Below are positions 10,120 to 20,827 of a DNA stretch of 44,677 nt, in pieces (within the stretch, counting starts at the first letter, position 1; the number at the start of each line of letters is the position of its first letter). Under the pieces are notes generated by a model. The model searched no databases and had not been told where the DNA came from. It saw only the letters and a list, made by a program, of their open reading frames with translations. The DNA is taken from sequence record SRR31156797_9235; one strand, 5' to 3'. A program made the translations under genes and the position numbers.

Positions 10120-11593
10120 CTTTCTCCTCCGAAACTTTCTTTCCGGTTACGAAGCTGTTAATATAACCGTCATTTAGCCTTATTTCAAGCTCATCTTGCA
10201 ATGAGATGTCAAAAACAGACTTAACAGGTTGTCCATCTTTCATAACAAAACTGTAACCCTTCGATAAAATCTGTTGTGGGTCAAGGGTTTCCAACTTCGC
10301 CACTAATGGAGCAAGCCTGCTATTATTTTCAGATATTTCTGCGGTCATAGAATTTTTTAGCCTGTAAATCAGGTTATCAAGACCACTTTTCAGCTTCTCT
10401 GCACGTCTGTCAGGTGCAAATCTGGTTATATTTTGTAACAAAAAGTTAACTCTATCTGATTCAGCTCTCACTTTTCCTGTGAGTGCATCCTTCATTCTAC
10501 GTTCATAATCTAAAACAGTGCTCTTACGTTTCTCTAATTGAGATTCAGGTCTGAGCCTGCTCATTATCCCTGCAAGCTCATTAACTTTGCTCTTTCTTGC
10601 AGATATTATCTGCATCATCTGCATCTGCATAGCACGCATGAGATGATCTACATGCCGCTTATCAGACTCCACTCTCCTCGCAGGAGAAGCCGAGTTAACT
10701 GACGCCACAAGCATATCGAGCCGCTGATTAGCGTTCATCAGCTTCTGATTCATCACCATCACTAGCCTGCGCCCGTAATTATCAAGGTCACGCCCGGCTG
10801 ATTTATACCCCTCACCTAACAGGGATGCCGCCGCAGTAGGGGTCGCAACACGTACATCCGCAACAAAATCACATATAGAAACATCACGCTCGTGACCAAT
10901 GGCGCTAATTGTCGGAACCTCGCAAGCCGCTAAAGCTCTTGCAACATATTCCTCGTTAAACACAGCCAGATCCTCGAGGGAACCACCGCCACGCATGAGC
11001 ACCAGAGCATCATACCTGTCAGTCATCGCCCCGGCCTTAGACAGTGCCGAAACTATCGGTGCAACCGCATCTTTCCCCTGTACCGGAACACCCCAGACAT
11101 CCACCTCAAAAACCGCTTCATCATTCTTCATAGTGATGAGGAAGTCCTTGATAGCGGCACCCTCCGGGGATGTAATCACAGCCACACGCTTAGGCAGAAA
11201 AGGTAAAGGCTTCTTTAGTTCCTCAGCGAATAAGCCCTCTTCCTCAAGCTTTTTCCTCACCTCTTCGAATAACTGCCAGAAAAGCCCAACTGAGTCGTAG
11301 TCCAGCTTTTTCACTAGAAGCTGATAGTTTCCGCCAGCCTCATAAACAGTCATTTCTCCAACAGCCTCAACAGAATCGCCATTTTTCGGGCTGTAAGAAA
11401 TCTTTCCAGCCATACCGCGAAACATGACACATTTGATCTGAGCCTTTTCGTCCTTCATAACAAAATAAAGGTGCCCCGCCGGTGAACGTGAAAAGCTTGA
11501 TATCTCACCTTTCACAGCGACATTATCCGCAAAAGTATTTTCTATGAGTCCTTTTACGGCTCTAGTTATCTCCGTAACTGTATATTTTTTCAT
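10112..11593 (-). CDS. xseA: Exodeoxyribonuclease VII large subunit
   Basis: N-terminal OB fold (GHLYF), RGGGSLEDL, SAIGHERD, ATPTAAA. Confidence 0.95.
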   Translation of the reverse strand: MKKYTVTEITRAVKGLIENTFADNVAVKGEISSFSRSPAGHLYFVMKDEKAQIKCVMFRGMAGKISYSPKNGDSVEAVGEMTVYEAGGNYQLLVKKLDYDSVGLFWQLFEEVRKKLEEEGLFAEELKKPLPFLPKRVAVITSPEGAAIKDFLITMKNDEAVFEVDVWGVPVQGKDAVAPIVSALSKAGAMTDRYDALVLMRGGGSLEDLAVFNEEYVARALAACEVPTISAIGHERDVSICDFVADVRVATPTAAASLLGEGYKSAGRDLDNYGRRLVMVMNQKLMNANQRLDMLVASVNSASPARRVESDKRHVDHLMRAMQMQMMQIISARKSKVNELAGIMSRLRPESQLEKRKSTVLDYERRMKDALTGKVRAESDRVNFLLQNITRFAPDRRAEKLKSGLDNLIYRLKNSMTAEISENNSRLAPLVAKLETLDPQQILSKGYSFVMKDGQPVKSVFDISLQDELEIRLNDGYINSFVTGKKVSEEKDG

Positions 11594-11901
11594 TCGCTTT
11601 TTTCAGATTTATCCGTTGGAACCTCTTCGACAAGAGGTTTTTCCATGATGTAAAGGTCTTCGTCCGCCTTTTTCAAATTGAGTTCATTTTTGATCATCAT
11701 CTCAAGGTATTCAGTATTTTTACTTACCTGCTCAAGCTCTGTTTCGAGGCTTTTCACTTTCTCTTCAGTCACATGAAGCTGCAACTCATAATTATTTTTA
11801 ATACGCACAAGCTCTCTGTATTTAAGCAGACCGTTATGCCCGAATATCATATACGCAGACAGTCCAATAATTACAGCAAGAAAGAAAATATTGAGTTTCA
11901 T
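11590..11901 (-). CDS. Septum formation initiator (FtsB/DivIC family)
   Basis: N-terminal TM, FGHNGL, coiled coil, ELNLKKADE. Confidence 0.75.
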   Translation of the reverse strand: MKLNIFFLAVIIGLSAYMIFGHNGLLKYRELVRIKNNYELQLHVTEEKVKSLETELEQVSKNTEYLEMMIKNELNLKKADEDLYIMEKPLVEEVPTDKSEKSE

Positions 11902-11918
11902 CGGTTACCTTTAAATAA

Positions 11919-12479
11919 TTATCTTGGAGGTATTATACCACAAGAATCCGCTTTACCGATACGATCTTCGAGAAGTTTTCGAGCTTTTTCGAAAAAGCCG
12001 ATAGTGGAGTCGAATGCGTAATCCTGAAATGTCCAATCCATCTGGATATACTTACCTTTCCTGCGGAGCAGCTGCAGATCACCATAGACATTATCCCTGA
12101 TGTAAACCCTGTGAGTGAAGTTTTTTGTGCTGGCGGCAACGATCTTTTCCATGGCTATATAGCCTGGGTCGATGTTGATCATACGCTTGCCGTCGACCAT
12201 GTGCTCACCCTCGATATTAACCGCCTGAATCTTATAATCCGGCAGGTCATCAGGAAACTCAACACGTTCGTATAGTGCAAAATACTTGATAAGGTTATTA
12301 CCCATCTCAGGTTCGTAATATGATGTATGTGAAAAGTCGAATTCCGGTGATTTTATGATTGGTTCGCCGAAAATAGGCGCAGCGATATCGTCCGGTTTTT
12401 TCACCACGTCTTTATTGTATAAAATTGCATTGAAATAGATTACTTTTCCGGTTTGTCTGAAACCGCCGCCGGTAACCAT
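11919..12479 (-). CDS. DUF4416-like protein
   Basis: HTSYYEPEMG, RMINIDPGY, ASTKNFTHRVY. Confidence 0.75.
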   Translation of the reverse strand: MVTGGGFRQTGKVIYFNAILYNKDVVKKPDDIAAPIFGEPIIKSPEFDFSHTSYYEPEMGNNLIKYFALYERVEFPDDLPDYKIQAVNIEGEHMVDGKRMINIDPGYIAMEKIVAASTKNFTHRVYIRDNVYGDLQLLRRKGKYIQMDWTFQDYAFDSTIGFFEKARKLLEDRIGKADSCGIIPPR

Positions 12480-12703
12480 TAGTTCATGTCGATTTCGAGA
12501 ATCTCCTCAGACGGTTCAATCGTAGAAATCGCATGCTTGTAAATCATTTTCTGAGATTCATCTTTCAGTATTACAACAAAGTTGTCAAAGCCTTTGATAT
12601 AGCCTTCAATTTTAACACCATTAACAAGATAGATAGTCGCTGAAATACGCTTCTTTCTAAGGTGATTAAGAAATACATCCTGAATATTAATCTTCTTACT
12701 CAT
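12479..12703 (-). CDS. hfq: RNA chaperone Hfq
   Basis: [26 protein letters not shown]. Confidence 0.97.
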   Translation of the reverse strand: MSKKINIQDVFLNHLRKKRISATIYLVNGVKIEGYIKGFDNFVVILKDESQKMIYKHAISTIEPSEEILEIDMN

Positions 12704-12775
12704 CCGGAACCCCCAAATAAAGGAAAATAATTATCGTTACTATTTACTTTAAGTTAACTAAAAAACAAGGCACAA

Positions 12776-13681
12776 TCAAGTTAAAATTACCTTATCTAAC
12801 TGTTTTACACTATTTTCATCTGCCAAGTCTATATATTTTACATCTGTCATACGTCTAAACCATGTAAGTTGCCTTTTCGCAAAGTTTCTTGTGTTGGTTT
12901 TAATTTTCTCAGCAACTTCGGAAACATCTCTTTTCTCTCTAATGCATTTAGCGATCTCACGATAACCTATCGCCTTAAATGAATCAAGCCCCTCGTCATA
13001 TCCCATTTCCAGTAAATTCTTCACTTCCGCTTCCCAGCCTAGCTCAAACATAATATCCACACGCCTGTTTATCCGGTCGTAAATCTTCTGTCGCTCTTCA
13101 GTGAGAACATAAATGTCATACTCGTAATCGGGGTTTCGATGAAATTTTTCCTGCGCCTCATGAACATTCATCTTTAACTGCTCATTTATCTCAAAACCAC
13201 GCAAAATCCTTGTCGGATCAGTAGGTTTAACCTTATCAGCGAAAGTGCTGTCAATCTTCAGAAGCTCTTCGTGCATAGCCTCTGTTCCTTCCGATTCCAT
13301 CCTCGCCTCAAGCTCAGCTCTGAGCACCTCATCACGCTCAGGTCCTGCAAAAATTCCTTTCTGCAAAGTCTGCACATACATCCCGGTTCCGCCAGCGACA
13401 ACTGGTGTGTTGCCACGCTCAAGTATCTCTCTGATGCATTTTTGCGCCTGCTCAAAAAATATCCCTGCTGAATAGGTTTTGTCAGGGGTGTACACATCAA
13501 TCAAGTGATGGGGAGAAACAGCTAGCTCATCAGCATCCGGCTTTGCCGTGCCTATGTTCATATATTTATAAACCTGATAAGCATCTGCGCTGATGATTTC
13601 TATTTTATGCTTTTCCGCAAGCCCGAGAACAACTGCCGTCTTTCCCGCCGCAGTCGGACCAGTGATAACAGGTATTTTCAT
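12776..13681 (-). CDS. miaA: tRNA dimethylallyltransferase
   Basis: GPTAAGKT, IGTAKP, AGGTGMY, FAKRQLTWF. Confidence 0.97.
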   Translation of the reverse strand: MKIPVITGPTAAGKTAVVLGLAEKHKIEIISADAYQVYKYMNIGTAKPDADELAVSPHHLIDVYTPDKTYSAGIFFEQAQKCIREILERGNTPVVAGGTGMYVQTLQKGIFAGPERDEVLRAELEARMESEGTEAMHEELLKIDSTFADKVKPTDPTRILRGFEINEQLKMNVHEAQEKFHRNPDYEYDIYVLTEERQKIYDRINRRVDIMFELGWEAEVKNLLEMGYDEGLDSFKAIGYREIAKCIREKRDVSEVAEKIKTNTRNFAKRQLTWFRRMTDVKYIDLADENSVKQLDKVILT

Positions 13682-15405
13682 CTACCGAATTTCCTGAGAA
13701 AAAACTCTTCCGGCTGTTTGAAAACTATCGGTCTGCCGTGGGGGCATGTGTACGGATTATCAGTGGTGAAAAGGTCGCTAACAAGCCTGCGCATCTCGTG
13801 CATCTCAAGCTTATCGCCAGCCTTAACAGCCGCCTTACAGCTCATTACAAGCGCTCTATAGTCCGTATCAGAATCTTTCCGTTCTTCTATCATATCCGCC
13901 AGAATGCTCTTCACCTGAGCTTCGATATCACGGTTAAGAACATCAGTCGGGACTCTGCTCACCTTAAGGCTGTTTTCGCCAAAAGGCTCTATCTCATACC
14001 CGAAGGTTTCAAAAACTTCTTTACTATCTTCCGCCACAGCGAGTTCATCTTCCCCAACATTTACAAGGAGGGGCTCATACATAACCACACTCGGAACAGA
14101 CACAGCCGCCTCACGTATAAACTTCTCGTAAAGCACACGTTCATGGGCTACATGCTGGTCGATAAACAACGCCTCGCCATCTTTTTCGCAAACGATCACC
14201 GTATTGAAAAGCTGACCGACAACCTTCACTGCGGAGTCCTCACCGGATTGCTCCGGTATATTCACTATCTCCGCATCTGTGCGGTGCTCATACTCCACAA
14301 CTTCCATCTCTTTCGCTATATCAAAACTGTTTGATGCAAACTGGTGCTCGTATTTCTCATTGGAGTCAGGTCTTTTCGCAAGTTCTGATGGCGGTACAAA
14401 GTTCCTCATCTGAACGCCCTGTTCCTGCCCGGCATCGTCCAGCCGGTTCTTAACGGAATGATGCACAAAGCTGAAAATATCTCTCGCATCAAGGAGTTTA
14501 ACTGTTGTCTTCGCAGGATGAACATTCACATCAACCGTGTCAGGATCAACATACAAAGAGACACAGCAAGCAGGAAACCTGCCGTCAGGAATAACCCTGT
14601 GGTAAGCTGTCACCACCGCCTGAACAATAGAGGCATCCTTTACAACACGCCCGTTCACACCGACAATGATCATATCTTTACGATACCTCTGCACGGTTGG
14701 TAGAGATGTTACAAAGCTCACCTTTAAACTCTCATATTCGTTTTCGCCGTATATCAAGTCCTTCTCACGCATAACCTGAACGGCTCTTGCTGTCATATCC
14801 ATACCTGATGTAGCAGTGAAGACTTTCTTTCCGTTGGTTTCAAGCTCCACAGCTATATGCGGATTTATCATGCTGAAAGAACGAACAAATTTCGCTATCT
14901 CACGCTCTTCAGCGGAGAAGCTTTTAAAAAACTTTAATCTTGCAGGTACATTAGCGAATAGAGAGCGCACCTCGACAGATGTCCCCTCTATTGCTGGAGC
15001 TGGAATAGTTGACGGTTCACCGCCGTGCTTAATGCGGATCTCCGCACCGTCGAAACCTTTACGGCAGGATTTTATTGAAAAATCAGAAACTGAGGATATA
15101 GCAGCGAGCGCCTCCCCCCTGAAACCGAAAGTTTTTACATTATATACGTCATCTGCTGATTTGATTTTACTCGTAGCGAACCGCTGGACAGCAACGGGTA
15201 AGTCTTCCGAAAGGATTCCACGACCGTTGTCCGTGACACGAACCATACCCACACCGCCATTCTCTACAATCACGGTGATGCGTGTTGCTCCTGCATCTGC
15301 TGAGTTTTCCATCAGCTCCTTTACAACGTTAAATGGCCGCTCAACGACTTCGCCGGCGGCCACCATATTGGCTACATCTTCGCCAAGTTTTAATATTTCG
15401 TTCAT
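13678..15405 (-). CDS. mutL: DNA mismatch repair endonuclease MutL
   Basis: AAGEVVERP, GFRGEAL, DQHVAHERVLYE, SCK, CPHGRP. Confidence 0.97.
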   Translation of the reverse strand: MNEILKLGEDVANMVAAGEVVERPFNVVKELMENSADAGATRITVIVENGGVGMVRVTDNGRGILSEDLPVAVQRFATSKIKSADDVYNVKTFGFRGEALAAISSVSDFSIKSCRKGFDGAEIRIKHGGEPSTIPAPAIEGTSVEVRSLFANVPARLKFFKSFSAEEREIAKFVRSFSMINPHIAVELETNGKKVFTATSGMDMTARAVQVMREKDLIYGENEYESLKVSFVTSLPTVQRYRKDMIIVGVNGRVVKDASIVQAVVTAYHRVIPDGRFPACCVSLYVDPDTVDVNVHPAKTTVKLLDARDIFSFVHHSVKNRLDDAGQEQGVQMRNFVPPSELAKRPDSNEKYEHQFASNSFDIAKEMEVVEYEHRTDAEIVNIPEQSGEDSAVKVVGQLFNTVIVCEKDGEALFIDQHVAHERVLYEKFIREAAVSVPSVVMYEPLLVNVGEDELAVAEDSKEVFETFGYEIEPFGENSLKVSRVPTDVLNRDIEAQVKSILADMIEERKDSDTDYRALVMSCKAAVKAGDKLEMHEMRRLVSDLFTTDNPYTCPHGRPIVFKQPEEFFLRKFGR

Positions 15406-15407
15406 TT

Positions 15408-16364
15408 TTACTCTGCGAAAACACCCATCGCACGAAACTTCTCGTATCTGTTTTCGAAAAGCTCCTCTCTGGACATCTTCTTAAGCTCTGTGATAGAGGT
15501 CATGAGATAATCCTTAACACGCTGAGCTGTCATTTCGTGGTCTCTGTGAGCGCCGCCGGCTGGCTCAGGGATAATATCATCTATAATTTTCAGACCTTTC
15601 AGGTCTTCCGCTGTGAGTTTAAGTGCTTCAGCCGCTTTTGGTGCATAAGCCGCATCTTTCCAGAGGATTGACGCACAACCTTCAGGGCTGATAACCGCAT
15701 ATATTGAGTGTTCAAGCATAGCTACTTTATTACCCATAGCTATACCGAGTGCACCACCGGAACCGCCCTCACCTGTTACAACTGTAACCATAGGAACTGA
15801 AAGCTCCGCCATAACCATAAGTGATTTTGCTATCGCTTCTGCCTGCCCTCTCTCCTCTGCGCCGATACCAGGATAAGCTCCAGGTGTGTCAACAAAGGTT
15901 ACGATTGGTCTGTTAAATGTCTCAGCCATCTGAAACATACGCTGAGCTTTACGGTACCCCTCAGGATTTGCCATGCCGAAGTTTCTGTGGATATTCTCTT
16001 TAGTGTTGCGACCTTTCTGGTGCCCCATTACAAGAACCGGCTCGCCATTAAGCTTCGCCGTACCACATACGATGGCAGGGTCGTCACGGTAAAGTCTGTC
16101 ACCATGAAGCTCTACGAAATCTGTAAATATACGCTCAATATAGTCAAGTGTGTAAGGTCTGTTAGGATGCCTTGCAACCATAACCTTCTGCGGCGGAGTC
16201 AGTTTTTTATAAACATTCGCCTTAAGCTTCGCAAGCTTATCCTCAAGACTTTTGAGCTCTTTATCTATATCACCGGCACCAAGTCCGGAAACGTTTTTAA
16301 TTTCGTCTATGCGGCTTTCGATCTCAAGAATTGGAGCTTCGAAATCCAGTGTATTCATCGACAT
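15408..16364 (-). CDS. accA: Acetyl-CoA carboxylase carboxyltransferase alpha
   Basis: ARHPNRP, DTPGAYPG, GEGGSGGA, VISPEGCASILW. Confidence 0.97.
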   Translation of the reverse strand: MSMNTLDFEAPILEIESRIDEIKNVSGLGAGDIDKELKSLEDKLAKLKANVYKKLTPPQKVMVARHPNRPYTLDYIERIFTDFVELHGDRLYRDDPAIVCGTAKLNGEPVLVMGHQKGRNTKENIHRNFGMANPEGYRKAQRMFQMAETFNRPIVTFVDTPGAYPGIGAEERGQAEAIAKSLMVMAELSVPMVTVVTGEGGSGGALGIAMGNKVAMLEHSIYAVISPEGCASILWKDAAYAPKAAEALKLTAEDLKGLKIIDDIIPEPAGGAHRDHEMTAQRVKDYLMTSITELKKMSREELFENRYEKFRAMGVFAE

Positions 16365-16430
16365 TGTTCACCTCTTAAATCATTCAGTAGCCTATAATAG
16401 CTATTGTTTATCCTAATATCAAACATAATC

Positions 16431-16494
16431 TGTCATCCTGAATGGAATGAAGGGTCTGACACCATCAGACACTTCGCAAAAGCTCAGAGTGACA
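16431..16494. repeat. REP-like palindromic repeat, copy 1
   Basis: TGTCATCCTGAA...GAAGG-TCTGA...TCAGA..CTTCGC..GCTCAGAGTGACA; similar copy at 20827-20888. Confidence 0.8.
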
Positions 16495-16500
16495 AAATGA

Positions 16501-17340
16501 TTATTTCATACGGTCGAGAGCGAGTTTATAAAGTGACTGCTTAAATCCGCCCACAGGTTTTCCGTCGAAAAAGATGTGCGGTGTTCCTGTGATACCCATG
16601 CTGCCAGCCATCTTTGCCTGCATATCAATCTTGCCTGCGATAGATGGTGATTTAACAAGCCCCTTAAATTTTGCAGGGTTGCCTGATTTCTTAGCGAAGA
16701 TATCTACGAGCGCATCGTCTGCCATCTCGTCGTGCTGTTTATTAGTAGCGTAAAGCTCTCCGCCGAAATCTTTGCCCATCTGCTTACCAGCTTCGAATAT
16801 AGCCGCATAAAGCTTAGCTTTTTTATGAAACTGGAGCGGAAGGTGCATCATATATATTGCAACGTCAAGATTTTGTTTTTTGATCTCGTTATGAAGGTAA
16901 GCGTAAGCTCTCTTACAGTAAGGGCACTGGAAATCACTAACCTTAACGATTATGTGCTTAGCATTTTTGCTCCCTTCCATGAGTGTGAGTTTGCTAAGGT
17001 CGAGATCAACCTTTTTAGCGGCATCAAACATCAGCTTGTCTTTGAGTGACTGATTACCTTTAACTGTGAGAACATCAGGCATGACATACTTACCGTCTGA
17101 GAAAACGAACTGCTCTTGTGTGCGTCCTGATTTCGGGTCGATGATTACCATTTTTATGAAAGAGAGTCCTTTCGGCTCTTTAAGTTTCTTGATTACTTCA
17201 ATTTTAACATCGTAAGGTATCTGGTTAGCTTTGAAAAAGTCCTTCATACCTGCTTCTACCTGAGAGCCAACGTCTTTTGCAAATGCCTGACCTGTAAATA
17301 AAATGCAGAGCGCAGCCAGCATTAAAATCAATTTTTTCAT
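16501..17340 (-). CDS. Periplasmic DsbA/DsbC-like thioredoxin-fold protein
   Basis: Signal peptide, SDFQCPYC, GITGTP cis-Pro motif. Confidence 0.85.
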   Translation of the reverse strand: MKKLILMLAALCILFTGQAFAKDVGSQVEAGMKDFFKANQIPYDVKIEVIKKLKEPKGLSFIKMVIIDPKSGRTQEQFVFSDGKYVMPDVLTVKGNQSLKDKLMFDAAKKVDLDLSKLTLMEGSKNAKHIIVKVSDFQCPYCKRAYAYLHNEIKKQNLDVAIYMMHLPLQFHKKAKLYAAIFEAGKQMGKDFGGELYATNKQHDEMADDALVDIFAKKSGNPAKFKGLVKSPSIAGKIDMQAKMAGSMGITGTPHIFFDGKPVGGFKQSLYKLALDRMK

Positions 17341-17558
17341 ACGGTTCCTCCGAGTAAATTCTTTGCTTATTATATATACTTACATTACTAAGAACAGCAA
17401 CCACTATTTTTGTTCACATAATAATGTAAGATTTTTGTCTGCTTCTGCTTGCTAAAATCTCGTTTTGGTGTTAAAAAATCCGTTCTACATAAGATGTAGG
17501 GCGCTATAGTTGCGCTCAGAAATAAATGTCTTTTTCAGAATTACGCAGGAGCTATTAA

Positions 17559-20351
17559 ATGGATTACAAGGATACCCTAAATCTTCCACAGACCGCTTTC
17601 CCTATGAAGGCCAGCCTCTCAACAAAAGAGCCAGAGAGATTAAAAAAATGGAAAGACGAGCAGGTTTACGAAAAAATGCTCGCAACACGTGATAAAAACA
17701 ACCCATACATCCTTCACGACGGCCCTCCTTATGCTAACGGCGAGATCCACATCGGTCACGCTATGAACAAAATTCTGAAAGACATGATTATTAAGATTAA
17801 AGCGTTCGAAGGACACTACACACCGTACATCCCCGGCTGGGACTGTCACGGTCTCCCTATCGAACTTCAGGTTGATAAAAAACTCGGCAAGAAGAAGCAC
17901 GAGATGTCCAAGTCTGAGATCAGAAAAGAGTGCCGTAAATACGCTGACAAGTTCATCGATGCTCAGCGTCAGGGCTTCATACGCCTCGGTGGTTTCGGTG
18001 ACTGGGACAATCCGTACATTACAATGGATTACAAGTACGAAGCTAAAACTCTCGAAGAGCTGTACCGATTTTTCGACAACGGCGGCGTATATAAAGGACT
18101 GAAACCTGTTTACTGGTGTACAAGCTGTACAACAGCCCTCGCAGAAGCAGAGGTTGAGTATGATAACCATACATCTACGTCAGTCTTCGTAAAGTTCCCT
18201 ATGAAGGACGAGTTCAAAGGTAAGTTCGGCGCTGAGGGTGAAAAGCTCTCCGCTGTTATCTGGACAACAACACCTTGGACACTCCCTGCTAACCTCGGTA
18301 TAGCTGTTAACGCTGACCTTGAATACTCAATCATTAAAATAACTGAAACATGTAATAAAAACCTCGAAGTTGGTGAGATGATCATCCTCGCCACCGACCT
18401 TATAGAGAACCTCGCTGAGCAGTTCCATATCCACAAATATGAGTCTGTTAAGGTTTTCAGAGGGACAGAGCTTGAGCGTGTGGAATTCACCCACGCATTT
18501 TACGACAGAGTTTCACTAGGTATCCTCGGCGACCACGTAACACTCGAAGCTGGTACAGGACTTGTACACACAGCACCTGGTCACGGACAGGAAGACTATC
18601 AGGTAGGACTTGAGTACGGTCTCGAAGTTTACAACCCTGTAGATGACAGAGGCGTTTACAGACCGAACGTAGAACTCTTTGCCGGTCAGCACATTAAAAA
18701 AGCTGGTCCTGCCATAGTTGAGATGATGGACGAGCAAGGCTCACTCCTCAATCACGGCGACATAGACCACTCTTACCCACACTGCTGGAGATGTAAGTCA
18801 CCGGTAATCTTCCGTGCGACACCTCAGTGGTTCATCAGTATGGAGACCAACGACCTCAGAAAGAAAGTTCTCGAAGAGATCAAAAAAGTCAGCTGGACAC
18901 CATCGTGGGGCGAGAACAGAATCACATCAATGATCGAAAACAGACCTGACTGGTGCATCAGCCGTCAGAGAACATGGGGCGTGCCTATCGCTGTCTTCCT
19001 CTGCGAAGACTGTGGTGAGGTTGTCACTAATAAAGATATCCAGAAAAAAGTTGTAGACTATTTCAACGAAGAGGGAGCGGACGCATGGTTCGACAGACCT
19101 AACGAAGATTTTCTACCTGAAGGGACAAAGTGCTCATGCGGCGGGACAAGGTTCTCCAAAGAGACAGACATCTTAGACGTTTGGTTCGATTCCGGTACAT
19201 CACACGCAGCAGTTATGGAAGTTCGTGATGAGCTTACATGGCCGGCTAATATGTACCTCGAAGGTTCCGACCAGCACAGAGGATGGTTTCACTCATCAAT
19301 ACTTGAGTCAGTTGGCTCAAGGGGCGTAGCACCATATAAAGAAGTGCTCACACACGGTTTCGCCATGGACGGAAAAGGACGCAAGATGTCCAAGTCCCTC
19401 GGCAACACTGTTAACCCGAAAGACATAATTAACAAATTCGGCGCAGAGATATTACGCCTATGGGTATCCGCTGAGGACTACTCCGAAGACGTTCGTATCT
19501 CTCAGGATATCATCCAGCGCCTTACAGAATCATACAGAAAGATAAGAAACACTGCCCGCTACCTGCTTGGTAACATCAGTGACTTTAACCCTGATACTGA
19601 TATGGTCGCATTCGACGATATGCTCGATCTCGACCGTTACGCTCTCGCTAGATGGCAGGAAGTGAAGAAGCGCATCTACTACGCATACACTACTTATCAA
19701 TTCCACACTTTCTATCACACGTTTATAAACTTCTGCATCGGAGACCTCTCATCTTTCTATCTCGACATACTGAAAGACAGACTCTATGCATATAAACCTG
19801 ACTCCAGAGAGAGACGGTCCGCACAGACCGTACTCTTCACTATGGTGAAAGAGATGAGTGTCCTTATGGCTCCTGTACTCTCCTTCACAGCGGATGAGAT
19901 TTTCGAATACATCCCAGCATATGAAGGTAAAGGAGAGAACGTTTTCATGGAGATGTTCGCACCTGTAGCTGAGTATAAGGATGAGGAGAACTTCAACAAA
20001 TGGCTCAAGATTCTTGAGATCAGAAAGGAAGTTACAAAAGCACTTGAGCTGGCTAGATCAGAAAAGACTATCGGTCATCCGCTCGATGCTGACATTATAA
20101 TAGGTCTCGACGCTGAGTCCGCTAAGGCGCTTCAGGCTGATGAGGGTATCGAAAGAATCTTCATCGTGTCGGAAGTTAAGATTGTTGATACTGCTGAGCT
20201 TTCTGACTGCCACGTCTCAGAAGACGGCAAGATCAAAGTCGCTGTCACTCCTTCTGAAAACGCAAAGTGTGAGAGATGCTGGACTAAATCGAAGAGTGTC
20301 GGCAACACAACAGAGGGTATCTGTGATAGATGTGCTGAGGCTATAGCTTAA
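17559..20351 (+). CDS. ileS: Isoleucine-tRNA ligase (type 1)
   Basis: HDGPPYANG, HIGH, GWDCHGLPIE, KMSKS, C-terminal CERCW/CDRC zinc finger. Confidence 0.98.
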   Translation: MDYKDTLNLPQTAFPMKASLSTKEPERLKKWKDEQVYEKMLATRDKNNPYILHDGPPYANGEIHIGHAMNKILKDMIIKIKAFEGHYTPYIPGWDCHGLPIELQVDKKLGKKKHEMSKSEIRKECRKYADKFIDAQRQGFIRLGGFGDWDNPYITMDYKYEAKTLEELYRFFDNGGVYKGLKPVYWCTSCTTALAEAEVEYDNHTSTSVFVKFPMKDEFKGKFGAEGEKLSAVIWTTTPWTLPANLGIAVNADLEYSIIKITETCNKNLEVGEMIILATDLIENLAEQFHIHKYESVKVFRGTELERVEFTHAFYDRVSLGILGDHVTLEAGTGLVHTAPGHGQEDYQVGLEYGLEVYNPVDDRGVYRPNVELFAGQHIKKAGPAIVEMMDEQGSLLNHGDIDHSYPHCWRCKSPVIFRATPQWFISMETNDLRKKVLEEIKKVSWTPSWGENRITSMIENRPDWCISRQRTWGVPIAVFLCEDCGEVVTNKDIQKKVVDYFNEEGADAWFDRPNEDFLPEGTKCSCGGTRFSKETDILDVWFDSGTSHAAVMEVRDELTWPANMYLEGSDQHRGWFHSSILESVGSRGVAPYKEVLTHGFAMDGKGRKMSKSLGNTVNPKDIINKFGAEILRLWVSAEDYSEDVRISQDIIQRLTESYRKIRNTARYLLGNISDFNPDTDMVAFDDMLDLDRYALARWQEVKKRIYYAYTTYQFHTFYHTFINFCIGDLSSFYLDILKDRLYAYKPDSRERRSAQTVLFTMVKEMSVLMAPVLSFTADEIFEYIPAYEGKGENVFMEMFAPVAEYKDEENFNKWLKILEIRKEVTKALELARSEKTIGHPLDADIIIGLDAESAKALQADEGIERIFIVSEVKIVDTAELSDCHVSEDGKIKVAVTPSENAKCERCWTKSKSVGNTTEGICDRCAEAIA

Positions 20352-20827
20352 TGAAAAAATTTCTTCTGATATCCGCTGCAATCATCATTGCGCTTGATCA
20401 GTGGACAAAAATATATATCAAAAACAACTTTGAGCTATACGAGCTTCGCCCTGTCATCGACGGTTTTTTCAGCATAACCTATGTGCTTAATCCGGGCGCT
20501 GCTTTCGGTATGCTCGCTCAGCTTAATGAGTCATACAGGCAGCTCTTTTTTGTCGTAATAACAGCTATCGCAATATTGGCGGTTGTCTATCTTATGATCA
20601 AAGAGAAAGGGATGAAGATTCGCCTTGTGTCATATACACTTATCTTATCCGGTGCAGTTGGTAACTTCATCGACAGGATATTTATAGGCAAGGTTGTGGA
20701 CTTCCTCCACTTCTACTACAAACAATATCAGTGGCCCGCTTTCAATGTGGCTGACATAGCTATCTCAGTTGGAATAGGACTGCTGTTTTTAGATTACATA
20801 GTTTTAAAAAATAGAGGTGAATCTTAG
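20351..20827 (+). CDS. lspA: Lipoprotein signal peptidase
   Basis: DQWTK, NPGAAFG, GNFIDR, VVDF, FNVAD; follows ileS. Confidence 0.96.
   Translation: MKKFLLISAAIIIALDQWTKIYIKNNFELYELRPVIDGFFSITYVLNPGAAFGMLAQLNESYRQLFFVVITAIAILAVVYLMIKEKGMKIRLVSYTLILSGAVGNFIDRIFIGKVVDFLHFYYKQYQWPAFNVADIAISVGIGLLFLDYIVLKNRGES

Noticed and set aside
17450-17558. T-box in ileS leader (two small hairpins)
   Set aside because: Too short, with no GGTGGTACC T-box motif and no terminator
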